From positions 67,404 to 131,403 of the forward strand of contig JAFQES010000027.1 of NCBI GenBank assembly GCA_017398945.1: a stretch of 64,000 bases of DNA. The letters run 5' to 3'. The position numbers and the translations under genes are program-made. The first letter of the stretch is position 1; each line of letters opens with the position of its first letter. Positions 1 through 9,282 of this stretch are shown one piece after another. The notes beneath the pieces are model-generated. The model ran no database searches, was not told the DNA's origin, and worked only from the letters and a program-made list of their open reading frames with translations. The DNA is from Bacilli bacterium. Lineage in GTDB: Bacteria; Bacillota_I; Bacilli_A; RF39; UBA660.

Positions 1-693
1 ATAAAGCGACATGCAGCAAAAATTCCAAATGCAAACACAGAAAAAGAAGTTTCAGAGGAATTGCAAACTATATATGCATTACATTTTTCTTATAATGATA
101 TCAATGCTGATTACATAAACAGAGCAGATGAAGAATCTTTAAAATTAGCTAAAAAAAACATAGATTTTATTAAAAATATTTTAAATGACAAATCTGGAAC
201 CATAAATATATGTCAAGAATATTTAGAAACACCGATAACAGAATACTATGGATTTATAAGAAGTGAATTTAATAATAATTTTATGTTTGGCTCATATTTA
301 CAAAGAGATTTTTTAGGAAATCTATTATCTCTTAAAGCGAAGTTGTTTTATAATACTATAGAATTTTTACAAGAAGCATCAAAAGAATTGATAAATAACA
401 TTAATGACAATAAATATCCAATTTTATCAGAAGACAATATAAGTAAAATTTATTTACTAGCAGATTGTAGCAATAGTATAGACACTAATATAACAAAATT
501 AATTAATATAATTAGAAGTAATGAAGTAATAAACGAATCAAGTATTTATACCGCCATAAATAGTTTAATAAATAAAACTAATGCAGCCATAATTTATGTT
601 AGAGACGGTGTAAAAAATGAAGAAATGTTAAAAGATGATATGATGAGTTATCAAAGAAAATTAAAATACAGATATGAAAAGGAGAAAAATTAA
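1..693 (+). CDS. Hypothetical Asn/Lys-rich helical protein, 5' end outside the window
   Basis: The frame of track ORF 61..693 stays open back to base 1, so the TTG at 61 is probably internal. No motif recognised. Confidence 0.5.
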   Translation: MKRHAAKIPNANTEKEVSEELQTIYALHFSYNDINADYINRADEESLKLAKKNIDFIKNILNDKSGTINICQEYLETPITEYYGFIRSEFNNNFMFGSYLQRDFLGNLLSLKAKLFYNTIEFLQEASKELINNINDNKYPILSEDNISKIYLLADCSNSIDTNITKLINIIRSNEVINESSIYTAINSLINKTNAAIIYVRDGVKNEEMLKDDMMSYQRKLKYRYEKEKN

Positions 694-1712
694 TGAAAAC
701 ATTTAAGAAAATTATAGAACAAAATGAAGAATACAGCACTGATAATAATACTCTATATATAGATCAAGTAATTAAAGAAGCTTATTATAACCAAGTTAAT
801 AGTGATTTAGAAGATGCTTATTGTAAATTATTAGATGCGTTAGTTAAATATTCAAATTTATTAAATAAATTAAACAATCAAAGACAAAGAATAATTGATA
901 TAAATAATCAATTCAGTGAATTTGCCTCTAAACATCATCAAAATGTTTTATTAAAAGATAAAATAAACAAATTAAATCAAGAAATAAGTAATTTATCTAA
1001 CGAAGATAATCTATCTAAAGAAGCTTTACTTAAAATACAAAATTTGCAAAAAGAGAGAAATACATTAGAAAACAACGTGTATCGAAACTTAGCCTATATG
1101 GATGAATGTGCAACTGTACCAGTTCTTGAAAAGGCTAAGAAAGAAGAACAGATAACAGTAAAAAAAATAAATGAATTATTAAGATTCATTTCAGTTGTTA
1201 TTAACAATTATTTAGGGAAAAACAAGAAACCATTAATTTCTGAATATTCAGGGATAATACGTACTGATATAATGAATAATTTACCAAAAGAATCTTTATC
1301 CAAAAGAGCTCAATTAAGTAATTTAGTAGTTGCATATGCAGATCTTATGGAAAGTTTATGTCCTAAATTAATTAATATAGGTAATGGTGTTATAAACCAC
1401 AAAAATAGAGTTTATAATGAGTTACCTTATGAAGAAGTTACGATGCTAAATATAATTAATACTCTAAGTTACGAATATTTAAGTTATTTGCAAAGAGTTA
1501 TATTAACATTTAAAACAGATAATTTTTCTATAGATGGAGAACTTGAAAATAAGATAATGCTTTTAGAAATTGCTAAAGAATATATGAAAAATGGTCATTT
1601 TGATGAAGAAAAAGTAAAATCAACAAGTACATATTACAACAAGAGTTTTGGTATAACACCGCAAATTGCTTGTGATATCTACACATTATCAAGAGCAAAA
1701 AAAGAAAAATAA
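693..1712 (+). CDS. Hypothetical coiled-coil-like protein
   Basis: 339-aa ORF joined to the upstream ORF by a TAATG overlap. Long K/E/N/L/Q-rich helical-looking stretches. No catalytic motif recognised. Confidence 0.5.
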   Translation: MKTFKKIIEQNEEYSTDNNTLYIDQVIKEAYYNQVNSDLEDAYCKLLDALVKYSNLLNKLNNQRQRIIDINNQFSEFASKHHQNVLLKDKINKLNQEISNLSNEDNLSKEALLKIQNLQKERNTLENNVYRNLAYMDECATVPVLEKAKKEEQITVKKINELLRFISVVINNYLGKNKKPLISEYSGIIRTDIMNNLPKESLSKRAQLSNLVVAYADLMESLCPKLINIGNGVINHKNRVYNELPYEEVTMLNIINTLSYEYLSYLQRVILTFKTDNFSIDGELENKIMLLEIAKEYMKNGHFDEEKVKSTSTYYNKSFGITPQIACDIYTLSRAKKEK

Positions 1713-1741
1713 TGAAGTCAGTAAAATGATTTCATTTTTTT
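1711..1741 (+). terminator. Rho-independent terminator after the unknown two-gene unit
   Basis: About 10 bp stem, aatgaagtca/tgatttcatt (one G-U pair), 6-nt loop, followed by a T7 run. Confidence 0.6.
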
Positions 1742-1770
1742 AAATAATTCTTTAAGTTTAGTATCTAACA

Positions 1771-1779
1771 TGTTATAAT
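1771..1779 (+). promoter_or_regulatory. Extended -10 promoter element (TGtTATAAT) for the ywiB-like/argS unit
   Basis: tgttataat lies directly after the terminator and about 15 nt before the SD gaaggtg. The -35 is weak (tttaag). Confidence 0.35.
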
Positions 1780-1808
1780 GTTCTAGAAAAAAAGAAGGTG
1801 TAGTTTTT

Positions 1809-2162
1809 ATAAAAGTATTTGATTGGGATTTTTATCATGATAATGAGTTAATTGAAAGTTATAAAAATATCGAAATTACTAAAGACAATTATTATAAAGT
1901 AAATGAAGAAATAACTTTTATTAATTCTAAAGAAGAAAAATCATTAATAAAATATGGAGATGAATATATATTTAAAATAGATTTTAATAAGAATACTTCA
2001 TCTATTAAATTAAATAATTATAATTATGAAGCTGATATAAATGTTAAAAAAAGTTTTGTTAAAATTGAAAATAATATTATAATAATCGAGTATGAATTAG
2101 AAACAGATGAATGTTTAAATAAAATAGTTATTACCAGAAGGGAAGATAATAATGAAAAGTAA
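1809..2162 (+). CDS. Small protein upstream of argS, possibly DUF1934/YwiB-like; no canonical start codon
   Basis: Open frame 1779..2162 is missing from the ORF track because it contains no in-frame ATG/GTG/TTG. SD gaaggtg at 1794-1800, with an in-frame ATA at 1809. The stop overlaps the argS start. The DUF1934 call rests only on size and the argS-adjacent position as I recall it from Bacillus. Confidence 0.35.
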   Translation: MKVFDWDFYHDNELIESYKNIEITKDNYYKVNEEITFINSKEEKSLIKYGDEYIFKIDFNKNTSSIKLNNYNYEADINVKKSFVKIENNIIIIEYELETDECLNKIVITRREDNNEK

Positions 2163-3762
2163 ATTGATCGAAGCTATTAAAAAGACTTTAGAAGATCTAG
2201 ATATTACTTATAATAATGAAATAGAAATATCAGAACCAAAAGATAAAGAAAATGGCCAATTTTCAACTAATATAGCTATGAAATTAGCTAGCGTATTAAA
2301 AGAAAATCCATTAAATATTGCTAATAAAATAAAGGATAATTTAAGTTGTGAAAATATTTCTAAAATAGAAGTTAAAGCACCAGGGTTTATTAATTTCTTT
2401 GTTGATGAAGATTATTTATTTAATATGATTAATGAAATAATAAAATTAGGAAATGATTATGGACGTAGTGATATTGGAAATGGTCAAAGTTATAATATTG
2501 AATTTGTAAGTGCAAACCCAACGGGAATTTTACATTTAGGAAATGCTCGCGGTGGAGCTTATGGTGACTCTCTAGCTAGAATCTTAGACTTTGCTGGATA
2601 TGATGTTGTAAAAGAATATTATATTAATGATGCTGGTTCGCAAATAGATAATTTAGGTCTTTCTATTCAAGCTCGTTATTTTGGGCTTTGCGGCAAAGAA
2701 GAAATAATGCCTGAAAATGGTTATCATGGCCCAGAAATACTAGAAATGGCTAAAGAAATTTATAATAATCATCAAGAAGCTTGGTTAAATGAACCACTAG
2801 ATTCATTTAAAGATGTTGGTGTAAAAAAGTTATTATCAAGAATTGTTAATGATTTAGAAGAATATGGTATTAAATATGATGTCTTTACTAGTGAAAAAGA
2901 TATTTATCAAAAATATTCTTTAAAAGATATAGTTGATAATATGAATAAAAACGGCTATACTTATGAACAAGACGGAGCTATATGGTTTAAATCAACTTCG
3001 TTTTATGATAGTAAAGATCATGTTTTAATAAGAAATGACGGAAACTATACTTACTTAGTACCTGATATTGCTAATCATATTAATAAATACCAAAGAGGAT
3101 TTACGAAAATGATCGACGTATTAGGAACTGATCATCATGGGTATGTTGCTAGATTAAAAGGGGCTTTAAAAGCAAATGGATATGATGATAGCAAACTTGA
3201 TGTTAAATTATTACAATTAGTTAGATTAATGAATGGTGAAGAAATTGTTAAAATGAGCAAAAGAACCGGTAACACTATTACTTTAAAAGATCTAATCGAT
3301 GAAGTCGGTGTTAATGCAGCAAGATATTTCTTTACCATGCATAGCTTAGATACGCAAATGGATTTTGATATGGAATTAGCTAAGAAAAATAGTAGCGAAA
3401 ACCCAGTTTATTATGTATCTTATGCATATGCTAGAATATGTACTATATTAAATAGCCAAAATAATGAAGTTAATGTAACAAGTTATAATAATATTAAGGA
3501 TCAAGATACATTAGATTTGCTAGCTGTAGTTCACAAATTTCCTCAAGTTGTTGTATCTGCGGCCAAAAAAGAACTTCCTCATCTAATAACAAACTATGTT
3601 TATGAGTTAGCTAATAATTTCCATGCTTATTATTCTCGTCATCGTCTTATTACTGAGGATGAAAACAAAACAGCTGAAAATATGAATTTAATTAAAGCAG
3701 TAAAAATTACCATTAAAAACGCTTTAAATTTAATTGGTGTAGAACCACCTGAAAAAATGTAG
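2152..3762 (+). CDS. argS: Arginine--tRNA ligase
   Basis: Class I signature ANPTGILHLGNARG (HIGH-type) and KMSKRTG (KMSKS-type). 536 aa. Confidence 0.95.
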   Translation: MKSKLIEAIKKTLEDLDITYNNEIEISEPKDKENGQFSTNIAMKLASVLKENPLNIANKIKDNLSCENISKIEVKAPGFINFFVDEDYLFNMINEIIKLGNDYGRSDIGNGQSYNIEFVSANPTGILHLGNARGGAYGDSLARILDFAGYDVVKEYYINDAGSQIDNLGLSIQARYFGLCGKEEIMPENGYHGPEILEMAKEIYNNHQEAWLNEPLDSFKDVGVKKLLSRIVNDLEEYGIKYDVFTSEKDIYQKYSLKDIVDNMNKNGYTYEQDGAIWFKSTSFYDSKDHVLIRNDGNYTYLVPDIANHINKYQRGFTKMIDVLGTDHHGYVARLKGALKANGYDDSKLDVKLLQLVRLMNGEEIVKMSKRTGNTITLKDLIDEVGVNAARYFFTMHSLDTQMDFDMELAKKNSSENPVYYVSYAYARICTILNSQNNEVNVTSYNNIKDQDTLDLLAVVHKFPQVVVSAAKKELPHLITNYVYELANNFHAYYSRHRLITEDENKTAENMNLIKAVKITIKNALNLIGVEPPEKM

Positions 3763-3771
3763 GAGGATACT

Positions 3772-4206
3772 ATGAGCTTAAAAGACTATAAAAAAGAAGA
3801 ATTACAAAATATGGGTTATGATGATTTAGCAGCATTAGTTTTAGAAGATGCTGGTAAACAAATGAAAATAATGGATATTTTTGGAAAGATAAATGAAATA
3901 TTAGAATTATCACCAAGTGAATACGAAAATAGAATCGGTGATTTCTTTGAGCTTCTTTCAACTGATAAAAAGTTTATCATGGTTGATAATGGTTTTTGGG
4001 ATTTAAGAAGTAAACATGCCCCAAAAATCGTTGTTGATGAAGAAGATGATACAGAAGATTTAGTTGAAGACGATGTTTTAGACGAAGAAGAAACAGAAGA
4101 AGAAAAAGATATTTTCTATGAAATTGATGATAACGATGACGAAGCTGATGATGATTTAAAAGACTTAGTTATTGTTGATGGTGATGAAGAGGAGCAAACT
4201 TTATAG
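3772..4206 (+). CDS. rpoE: RNA polymerase delta subunit
   Basis: About 90-aa N-terminal globular region followed by a long Asp/Glu-rich tail, as is typical of Firmicute RpoE. Confidence 0.7.
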   Translation: MSLKDYKKEELQNMGYDDLAALVLEDAGKQMKIMDIFGKINEILELSPSEYENRIGDFFELLSTDKKFIMVDNGFWDLRSKHAPKIVVDEEDDTEDLVEDDVLDEEETEEEKDIFYEIDDNDDEADDDLKDLVIVDGDEEEQTL

Positions 4207-4254
4207 CTGCTTCTTTTTGCATTTTAAAAATAGAATAGACAAGGAATGATTTAA

Positions 4255-5319
4255 ATGTTTGAAAGATTAGAAAATATAAAAGCAAAATATGAAGAAGTAA
4301 GTAACTTATTAACAGATCCTGAAATAATGAGCGATTTTAATAAATTAAAAGATTTATCAAAAGAACAAAGTGATTTAAAAGAAGTTGTTGATAAGTATGC
4401 TGAATATCAAAAAATAGAAGATGAACTAGCTCAAGCTAAAGAAATGTTAAATGATAGTGAATTAAAAGAATTTGCCGAAGAAGAAATGGCTAGATTAACC
4501 GAAGAAAAAGAAAAAGTTTATGGAGAGCTTGAAATCTTACTGGTTCCTAAAGATGAAAACGATGGTAAAAACGTTATTATGGAAATAAGAGGAGCTGCCG
4601 GAGGAGACGAAGCAAATATCTTTGCGGGAGATCTATTTAGAATGTATACTTACTATGCCGAAAAAAATGGTTGGAAAATTGAAGTTATCAACACGATCGA
4701 AGGAACAAGCGGAGGTTTTTCTCAAGCAGAATTTATGATCAAAGGAGATAGTGTATACTCTAAGTTAAAATATGAAAGTGGCTCTCATCGCGTTCAAAGA
4801 GTACCTGTTACGGAAACCCAAGGACGAGTTCATACCTCAACAGCAACAGTTTTAGTAATGCCAGAAGTAGAAACGGTTAATATTGATGTTAAAGAAAGTG
4901 ATATTAAAATGGATGTTTACCATAGTAGTGGAGCAGGTGGACAATCAGTAAATACTTCAAACTCCGCTGTAAGACTTACTCACATTCCTACTGGGGTGGT
5001 TGTAACTTGCCAAACCGAAAGGAGTCAGTTAAAAAATAGAGAAAGAGCGCTTAATTTATTAAAGATTAAAATAAAAGATGAACAAGAAAGACAACAAGCG
5101 GAAGCTTTAGGAACAGAACGTAAAACTAAAATCGGATCAGGAGATAGATCTGAGAAAATTAGAACATACAATTATCCGCAAAATCGAGTTACAGATCATC
5201 GAATCAATTTCTCTATAATGAGTTTAGATAAAGTAATGGATGGAAACCTAGATCCAGTTGTGGAAGCGCTAATTACCGAGGACTTAAAACGTAAATTAGC
5301 AGGAGAATCTTTTGAATAA
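4255..5319 (+). CDS. prfA: Peptide chain release factor 1
   Basis: GGQ motif (SGAGGQSVN) and a PxT-type tripeptide (RVPVTETQGR). Confidence 0.95.
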   Translation: MFERLENIKAKYEEVSNLLTDPEIMSDFNKLKDLSKEQSDLKEVVDKYAEYQKIEDELAQAKEMLNDSELKEFAEEEMARLTEEKEKVYGELEILLVPKDENDGKNVIMEIRGAAGGDEANIFAGDLFRMYTYYAEKNGWKIEVINTIEGTSGGFSQAEFMIKGDSVYSKLKYESGSHRVQRVPVTETQGRVHTSTATVLVMPEVETVNIDVKESDIKMDVYHSSGAGGQSVNTSNSAVRLTHIPTGVVVTCQTERSQLKNRERALNLLKIKIKDEQERQQAEALGTERKTKIGSGDRSEKIRTYNYPQNRVTDHRINFSIMSLDKVMDGNLDPVVEALITEDLKRKLAGESFE

Positions 5320-6043
5320 ACCAGAACATATTAGTTATCCAGATTGGGAAATTTTAAAAGAAAAGTATTCAGAAAAAAAACTAGCTAAATTTTTAGCTCA
5401 GAATTATCCTTATCAATATTTGATTGGTAACGTTGAATTTTATGGCTATCCCATAATCGTCAATAAAAATGTCTTAATTCCAAGATGGGAAACTGAAGAT
5501 TTAGTTGATAGAGTTGTCAAAGAAATAAAAAAATCTCATTTAAAAATTAATAAAGCTATTGATATTTGTACAGGAAGTGGATGTATTGCGATTACTTTGG
5601 CTAAAGAATTAAATATTCCGCTTACAGCTGTTGATAAAAGCAATAAAGCTTTAAAAGTAGCTAAAAAGAATGCTAAATTGAATAATACAGCAATAGAATT
5701 TAAAAAGATGGATGTATTAAAAGAAGACTTTAAAGATAAATATAATCTTATTGTTTGCAACCCACCATATGTTTCATATGATGAAGAAGTAGGTAAAGAA
5801 ACTAAATATGAACCGCAAATGGCTTTGTTTGCGAAAAAAAGCGGATTAGAATTTTATGAGCATCTTTTGAAAATGCTTCCAAACTATGTAGAAGATAAAT
5901 ACTTAATAGCTTTTGAAATTGGTATGAATCAAAAACCAGAGTTACAAAAATTAGCTAAAAAGTATTTTTCAAAAGCCAAAATAACTTTTGAAAAAGATCT
6001 AAATAATCGGGAAAGATTTCTTTTTATAAAAATGTTTGAATAA
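5312..6043 (+). CDS. prmC: Release-factor glutamine N5-methyltransferase
   Basis: Overlaps the prfA stop. SAM motif DICTGSGCI and NPPY motif (VCNPPYV). Confidence 0.9.
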   Translation: MNKPEHISYPDWEILKEKYSEKKLAKFLAQNYPYQYLIGNVEFYGYPIIVNKNVLIPRWETEDLVDRVVKEIKKSHLKINKAIDICTGSGCIAITLAKELNIPLTAVDKSNKALKVAKKNAKLNNTAIEFKKMDVLKEDFKDKYNLIVCNPPYVSYDEEVGKETKYEPQMALFAKKSGLEFYEHLLKMLPNYVEDKYLIAFEIGMNQKPELQKLAKKYFSKAKITFEKDLNNRERFLFIKMFE

Positions 6044-6082
6044 AAACATTTTTTATTTGTCATTATTTATTTGGTGATAAAG

Positions 6083-6592
6083 ATGAAAAAAATAATAATT
6101 GGGTTATTTATTTTAACTATAGTTATAAACATTTTTAAAAATAAGGAAGACTTTTTAATCCCAGATGAAGCTTTAAGATTTAGAGTCATCGCAAATAGTA
6201 ATTCCTTAGAAGATCAGCTTTTAAAAAGTAAGGTAAAAAACAATGTTGAAACAGAAATTTTTAAGCTATTAAAAGACGTTGATAGCTATTCTGATGCAAA
6301 AGAAATTTTAGAAAATAATACATATTTAATTAATGAGAAAGTTTCCCAATACACAAATGATTATCAAATTAATGTTGGTAAAAATTATTTTCCAGAAAAA
6401 GAATATAAAGGAGTGACTTATGAAGCTGGCGAATATGATTCTTTAGTAATAACTTTAGGTAGTGGTGTCGGAAATAACTGGTGGTGTGTCTTATTTCCCC
6501 CTTTATGTATGATCGAGGAACAAGAAAATAGTATGGAAGATTATGATTATCAATTATATATTTCAAAGTTTTTTCAAGATATAAAGCATTAA
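6083..6592 (+). CDS. spoIIR: Stage II sporulation protein R
   Basis: N-terminal TM segment, then LRFRVIANSNS...NWWCVLFPPLC, characteristic of SpoIIR. ATG at 6083 follows the SD ggtga. Confidence 0.8.
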   Translation: MKKIIIGLFILTIVINIFKNKEDFLIPDEALRFRVIANSNSLEDQLLKSKVKNNVETEIFKLLKDVDSYSDAKEILENNTYLINEKVSQYTNDYQINVGKNYFPEKEYKGVTYEAGEYDSLVITLGSGVGNNWWCVLFPPLCMIEEQENSMEDYDYQLYISKFFQDIKH

Positions 6593-6631
6593 TCACCGAT
6601 AAAATAATATAATTTATTGGTGATTTATTTT
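6592..6631 (+). terminator. Hairpin after spoIIR whose 3' arm contains the mntP Shine-Dalgarno sequence
   Basis: 12-bp stem atcaccgataaa/tttattggtgat (one G-U pair), 9-nt loop, then TTATTTT. Confidence 0.45.
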
Positions 6632-7157
6632 GTCTTTAATAATTTCGATAGCCGTTGCTTTAAGTTTAGATGCCTTCTCCGTTTCTTTATCCTTAGGAAC
6701 ATTTGAAAAAAAATATAAAAATTATTTAAAGTTTGCTTTAACTGTAGGAATATTTCATTTTATCATGCCCTTTTTAGGATCGTTTACCAATCATTTATTG
6801 TTAAAAAATCTAGTTATAAATGGAAATAAACTAATGGGACTAATTTTATTAGTGTTAGCAATTCAAATGTTAATTGAACTAATTAAAAATAAAGAAGAGG
6901 TCTTTAAGTTGGACTTTAAAGAAATGTTGCTTCTGGCTTTAAGTGTTAGCCTAGATAGTTATTTTACTGGTATCGGCTTAAAATCCATTACTAACAACTT
7001 AGTATTATCTTTTATTATTTTTTTGATAGTCAGTAGCATTTTTACCTTTATGGGCTGCGTACTGGGAAAATTTGGTAAAAAGTACTTAGGACGTTACGCT
7101 AATGGACTGGCAATATTACTTTTATTAGTTTTAGGTGTCAAGTATCTTCTATTCTAA
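6630..7157 (+). CDS. mntP: Putative manganese efflux pump MntP (DUF204)
   Basis: Six hydrophobic segments and the duplicated motif SLDAFSVS / SVSLDSYFTG. TTG start. Confidence 0.7.
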   Translation: MSLIISIAVALSLDAFSVSLSLGTFEKKYKNYLKFALTVGIFHFIMPFLGSFTNHLLLKNLVINGNKLMGLILLVLAIQMLIELIKNKEEVFKLDFKEMLLLALSVSLDSYFTGIGLKSITNNLVLSFIIFLIVSSIFTFMGCVLGKFGKKYLGRYANGLAILLLLVLGVKYLLF

Positions 7158-7269
7158 TTGACAATTTCTTTAATTAACGATAAATTAATAGTGGATAGTT
7201 ATATTAATTAGTAACAAAAGTCTAGAATTTAACATAAATAATAGTAGAAAAACAAAAGGTAGTGATTAA

Positions 7270-8529
7270 GTGAAAAAAATCGTTATTGATGGAAACAAAG
7301 AGCTAACTGGAACAATTAATATTTGTGGTGCTAAAAATAGTGCTGTAGCATTAATTCCTGCTGCTATACTTTGTGATGAGGAAGTAAAAATATATAATGT
7401 TCCGAATATTTCAGATAGAGATGCTTTACTAAATATTTTAGAACATCTTAATTGTAAAACAGAACTTATTGATGACTATTTACGAATTAATTTAGAGGGT
7501 TTAGAAAACAAATTAATTCCAGAAGATTTAAGTAATAAATTAAGAGCATCGTATTATTTTATGGGAGCTTTATTAAGTAAATATAAATTTGTAGAAATGT
7601 ATTTTCCTGGAGGGTGTAATATTGGAGCAAGACCTATTAATCTCCACTTAAAAGGGTTTGAAATGCTTGGGGCTAAAGTTACTATTGATGGAAATAAATA
7701 TACAATCTCTGCAGATGAATTAAAGGGAGCCAGAATCTATTTAGATATCGCCAGTGTAGGTGCAACCGTTAATTTAATGTTAGCAGCAGTAAAAGCAAAA
7801 GGTATAACTATTATTAGTAACGCTGCCAGAGAACCAGAAATAACTAATGTTGCAACATTTTTAAACAATATGGGGGCAAAAATTACAGGGGTAGGAACTA
7901 GTGAAATTAAAATTGAAGGAGTAGAGTATCTTCATAAAGCCATAATTGATGTTATTCCTGATCGGATTGAAGCAGGAACCTATGCCATAATCGGGGCGGC
8001 TTTAGGACGCGATTTAGTTATTAATAATGTTATTGAAGAACATTTGGAAGCATTACTAAGTAAATTAAAAGACATGGGAGTTTCTATAAAAAGTGAAAAA
8101 GGGAAGTTAATTATTAATAAAGCCAAAAATTTAAAACCAATTAATATCAAAACTTTAGTATTTCCGGGATTTCCAACTGACTTAGGTCAACCGATTACAA
8201 CACTACTTACACAAGCCCAAGGTATGAGTCTATTTGAAGAAACAATTTACGAAAATCGCTTTGGCCATATTAAATATTTAAATAAAATGGGTGCTAATAT
8301 CAACGCTAATACGGCATCATCAACAGCTATAGTAATGGGACCGACTAAGCTAAAAGGGTGTGATGTTGTAGCTACAGATTTAAGAGCCGGTGCAGCAATG
8401 GTTATAGCAGGATTAATTGCCGAAGGAACAACTAGAATAGATGAAATAAAACATATCTTAAGAGGATATGAAAATATCATTGAAAAACTTCAATCAGTTG
8501 GTGCTAATATTAGAATTGAAGAAATATAA
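7270..8529 (+). CDS. murA: UDP-N-acetylglucosamine 1-carboxyvinyltransferase
   Basis: GAKNSAVALIPAA and PGGCNIGARPINLH (catalytic Cys loop). 419 aa, GTG start. Confidence 0.93.
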   Translation: MKKIVIDGNKELTGTINICGAKNSAVALIPAAILCDEEVKIYNVPNISDRDALLNILEHLNCKTELIDDYLRINLEGLENKLIPEDLSNKLRASYYFMGALLSKYKFVEMYFPGGCNIGARPINLHLKGFEMLGAKVTIDGNKYTISADELKGARIYLDIASVGATVNLMLAAVKAKGITIISNAAREPEITNVATFLNNMGAKITGVGTSEIKIEGVEYLHKAIIDVIPDRIEAGTYAIIGAALGRDLVINNVIEEHLEALLSKLKDMGVSIKSEKGKLIINKAKNLKPINIKTLVFPGFPTDLGQPITTLLTQAQGMSLFEETIYENRFGHIKYLNKMGANINANTASSTAIVMGPTKLKGCDVVATDLRAGAAMVIAGLIAEGTTRIDEIKHILRGYENIIEKLQSVGANIRIEEI

Positions 8530-8551
8530 TGTAGAGAAATCTACATTTTTT
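8529..8551 (+). terminator. Rho-independent terminator after murA
   Basis: Stem atgtaga/tctacat, loop gaaa, T6 run. Confidence 0.6.
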
Positions 8552-8564
8552 ATTGGGGGATTAT

Positions 8565-9215
8565 ATGAAAAAAGTAATCAGCATTTTTATAATTGCCATA
8601 ATTTTATGTATTGTAACTTATAATATAACAAAAAATCCAAAGAAAAATATTCTAGCTTTAGGAGATGGAATATGCCTAGCTAATTCCATTTACGACGTTG
8701 AGGGACACAGTTTTAACCATTACATAAAAGATTACTATCACGAAAAAAAATTATTAAATTATTTTAATGATGAGTTTTGTAAAAGTAACCTAACATTAAA
8801 AGAATTAAATACTATAATATTAGAAAATAAACAAATTAATAAGCAAAGCATTCAGTATCTTCTAGATAATGCAGATTTGTTAACTATAGCAATAGGTTTT
8901 GATGAATTAAAATCTCATTCCAAATTAACTAATCAAATAAAAAAGGATTTCTTGAATGATTATGCAATATTAATAAGCAATATTATGGATATGACTAATG
9001 CTAAAATATTAGTGATAGGATATTACCCAAATTATTTTAAAGACGCAATCGAAATAAGTAAGAAATTGCAAGCAATAGTTGAAAATAGAAACTTAGATTA
9101 TATTAATATTGAAGAAGTTTCTAAGAACAAAGAATATTTCTATGATATAAACCAAAGTAACTTAAATATAAAAGGACATAAAGAAATTTTTAATAAATTA
9201 GTACCATATTTATAA
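8565..9215 (+). CDS. Membrane-anchored SGNH/GDSL-like hydrolase (tentative)
   Basis: N-terminal TM helix and a LALGDGI block resembling the GDS(L) motif. Otherwise unrecognised. Confidence 0.35.
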   Translation: MKKVISIFIIAIILCIVTYNITKNPKKNILALGDGICLANSIYDVEGHSFNHYIKDYYHEKKLLNYFNDEFCKSNLTLKELNTIILENKQINKQSIQYLLDNADLLTIAIGFDELKSHSKLTNQIKKDFLNDYAILISNIMDMTNAKILVIGYYPNYFKDAIEISKKLQAIVENRNLDYINIEEVSKNKEYFYDINQSNLNIKGHKEIFNKLVPYL

Positions 9216-9234
9216 GGATTTAACATTGTAAACC

Positions 9235-9262
9235 TTGACTTTTTATTGTATACTATTATAAA
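9235..9262 (+). promoter_or_regulatory. Candidate sigma-A promoter of the T7SS operon
   Basis: TTGACT-N16-TATAAA, 20 nt upstream of the essC ATG. SD aaaggagg. Confidence 0.4.
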
Positions 9263-9282
9263 GAGTAAAAGGAGGTACATAT

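Noticed and set aside
1742-2151. A T-box riboswitch was expected upstream of argS.
   Set aside because: No T-box consensus (..GGUNNNCGCG-type 14-mer), specifier or AG-bulge elements were seen. The region is instead one continuous open reading frame.
6593-6629. A yybP-ykoY manganese riboswitch was considered upstream of mntP.
   Set aside because: The spacer is only 37 nt, which is too short for that element. It holds a single terminator-like hairpin.
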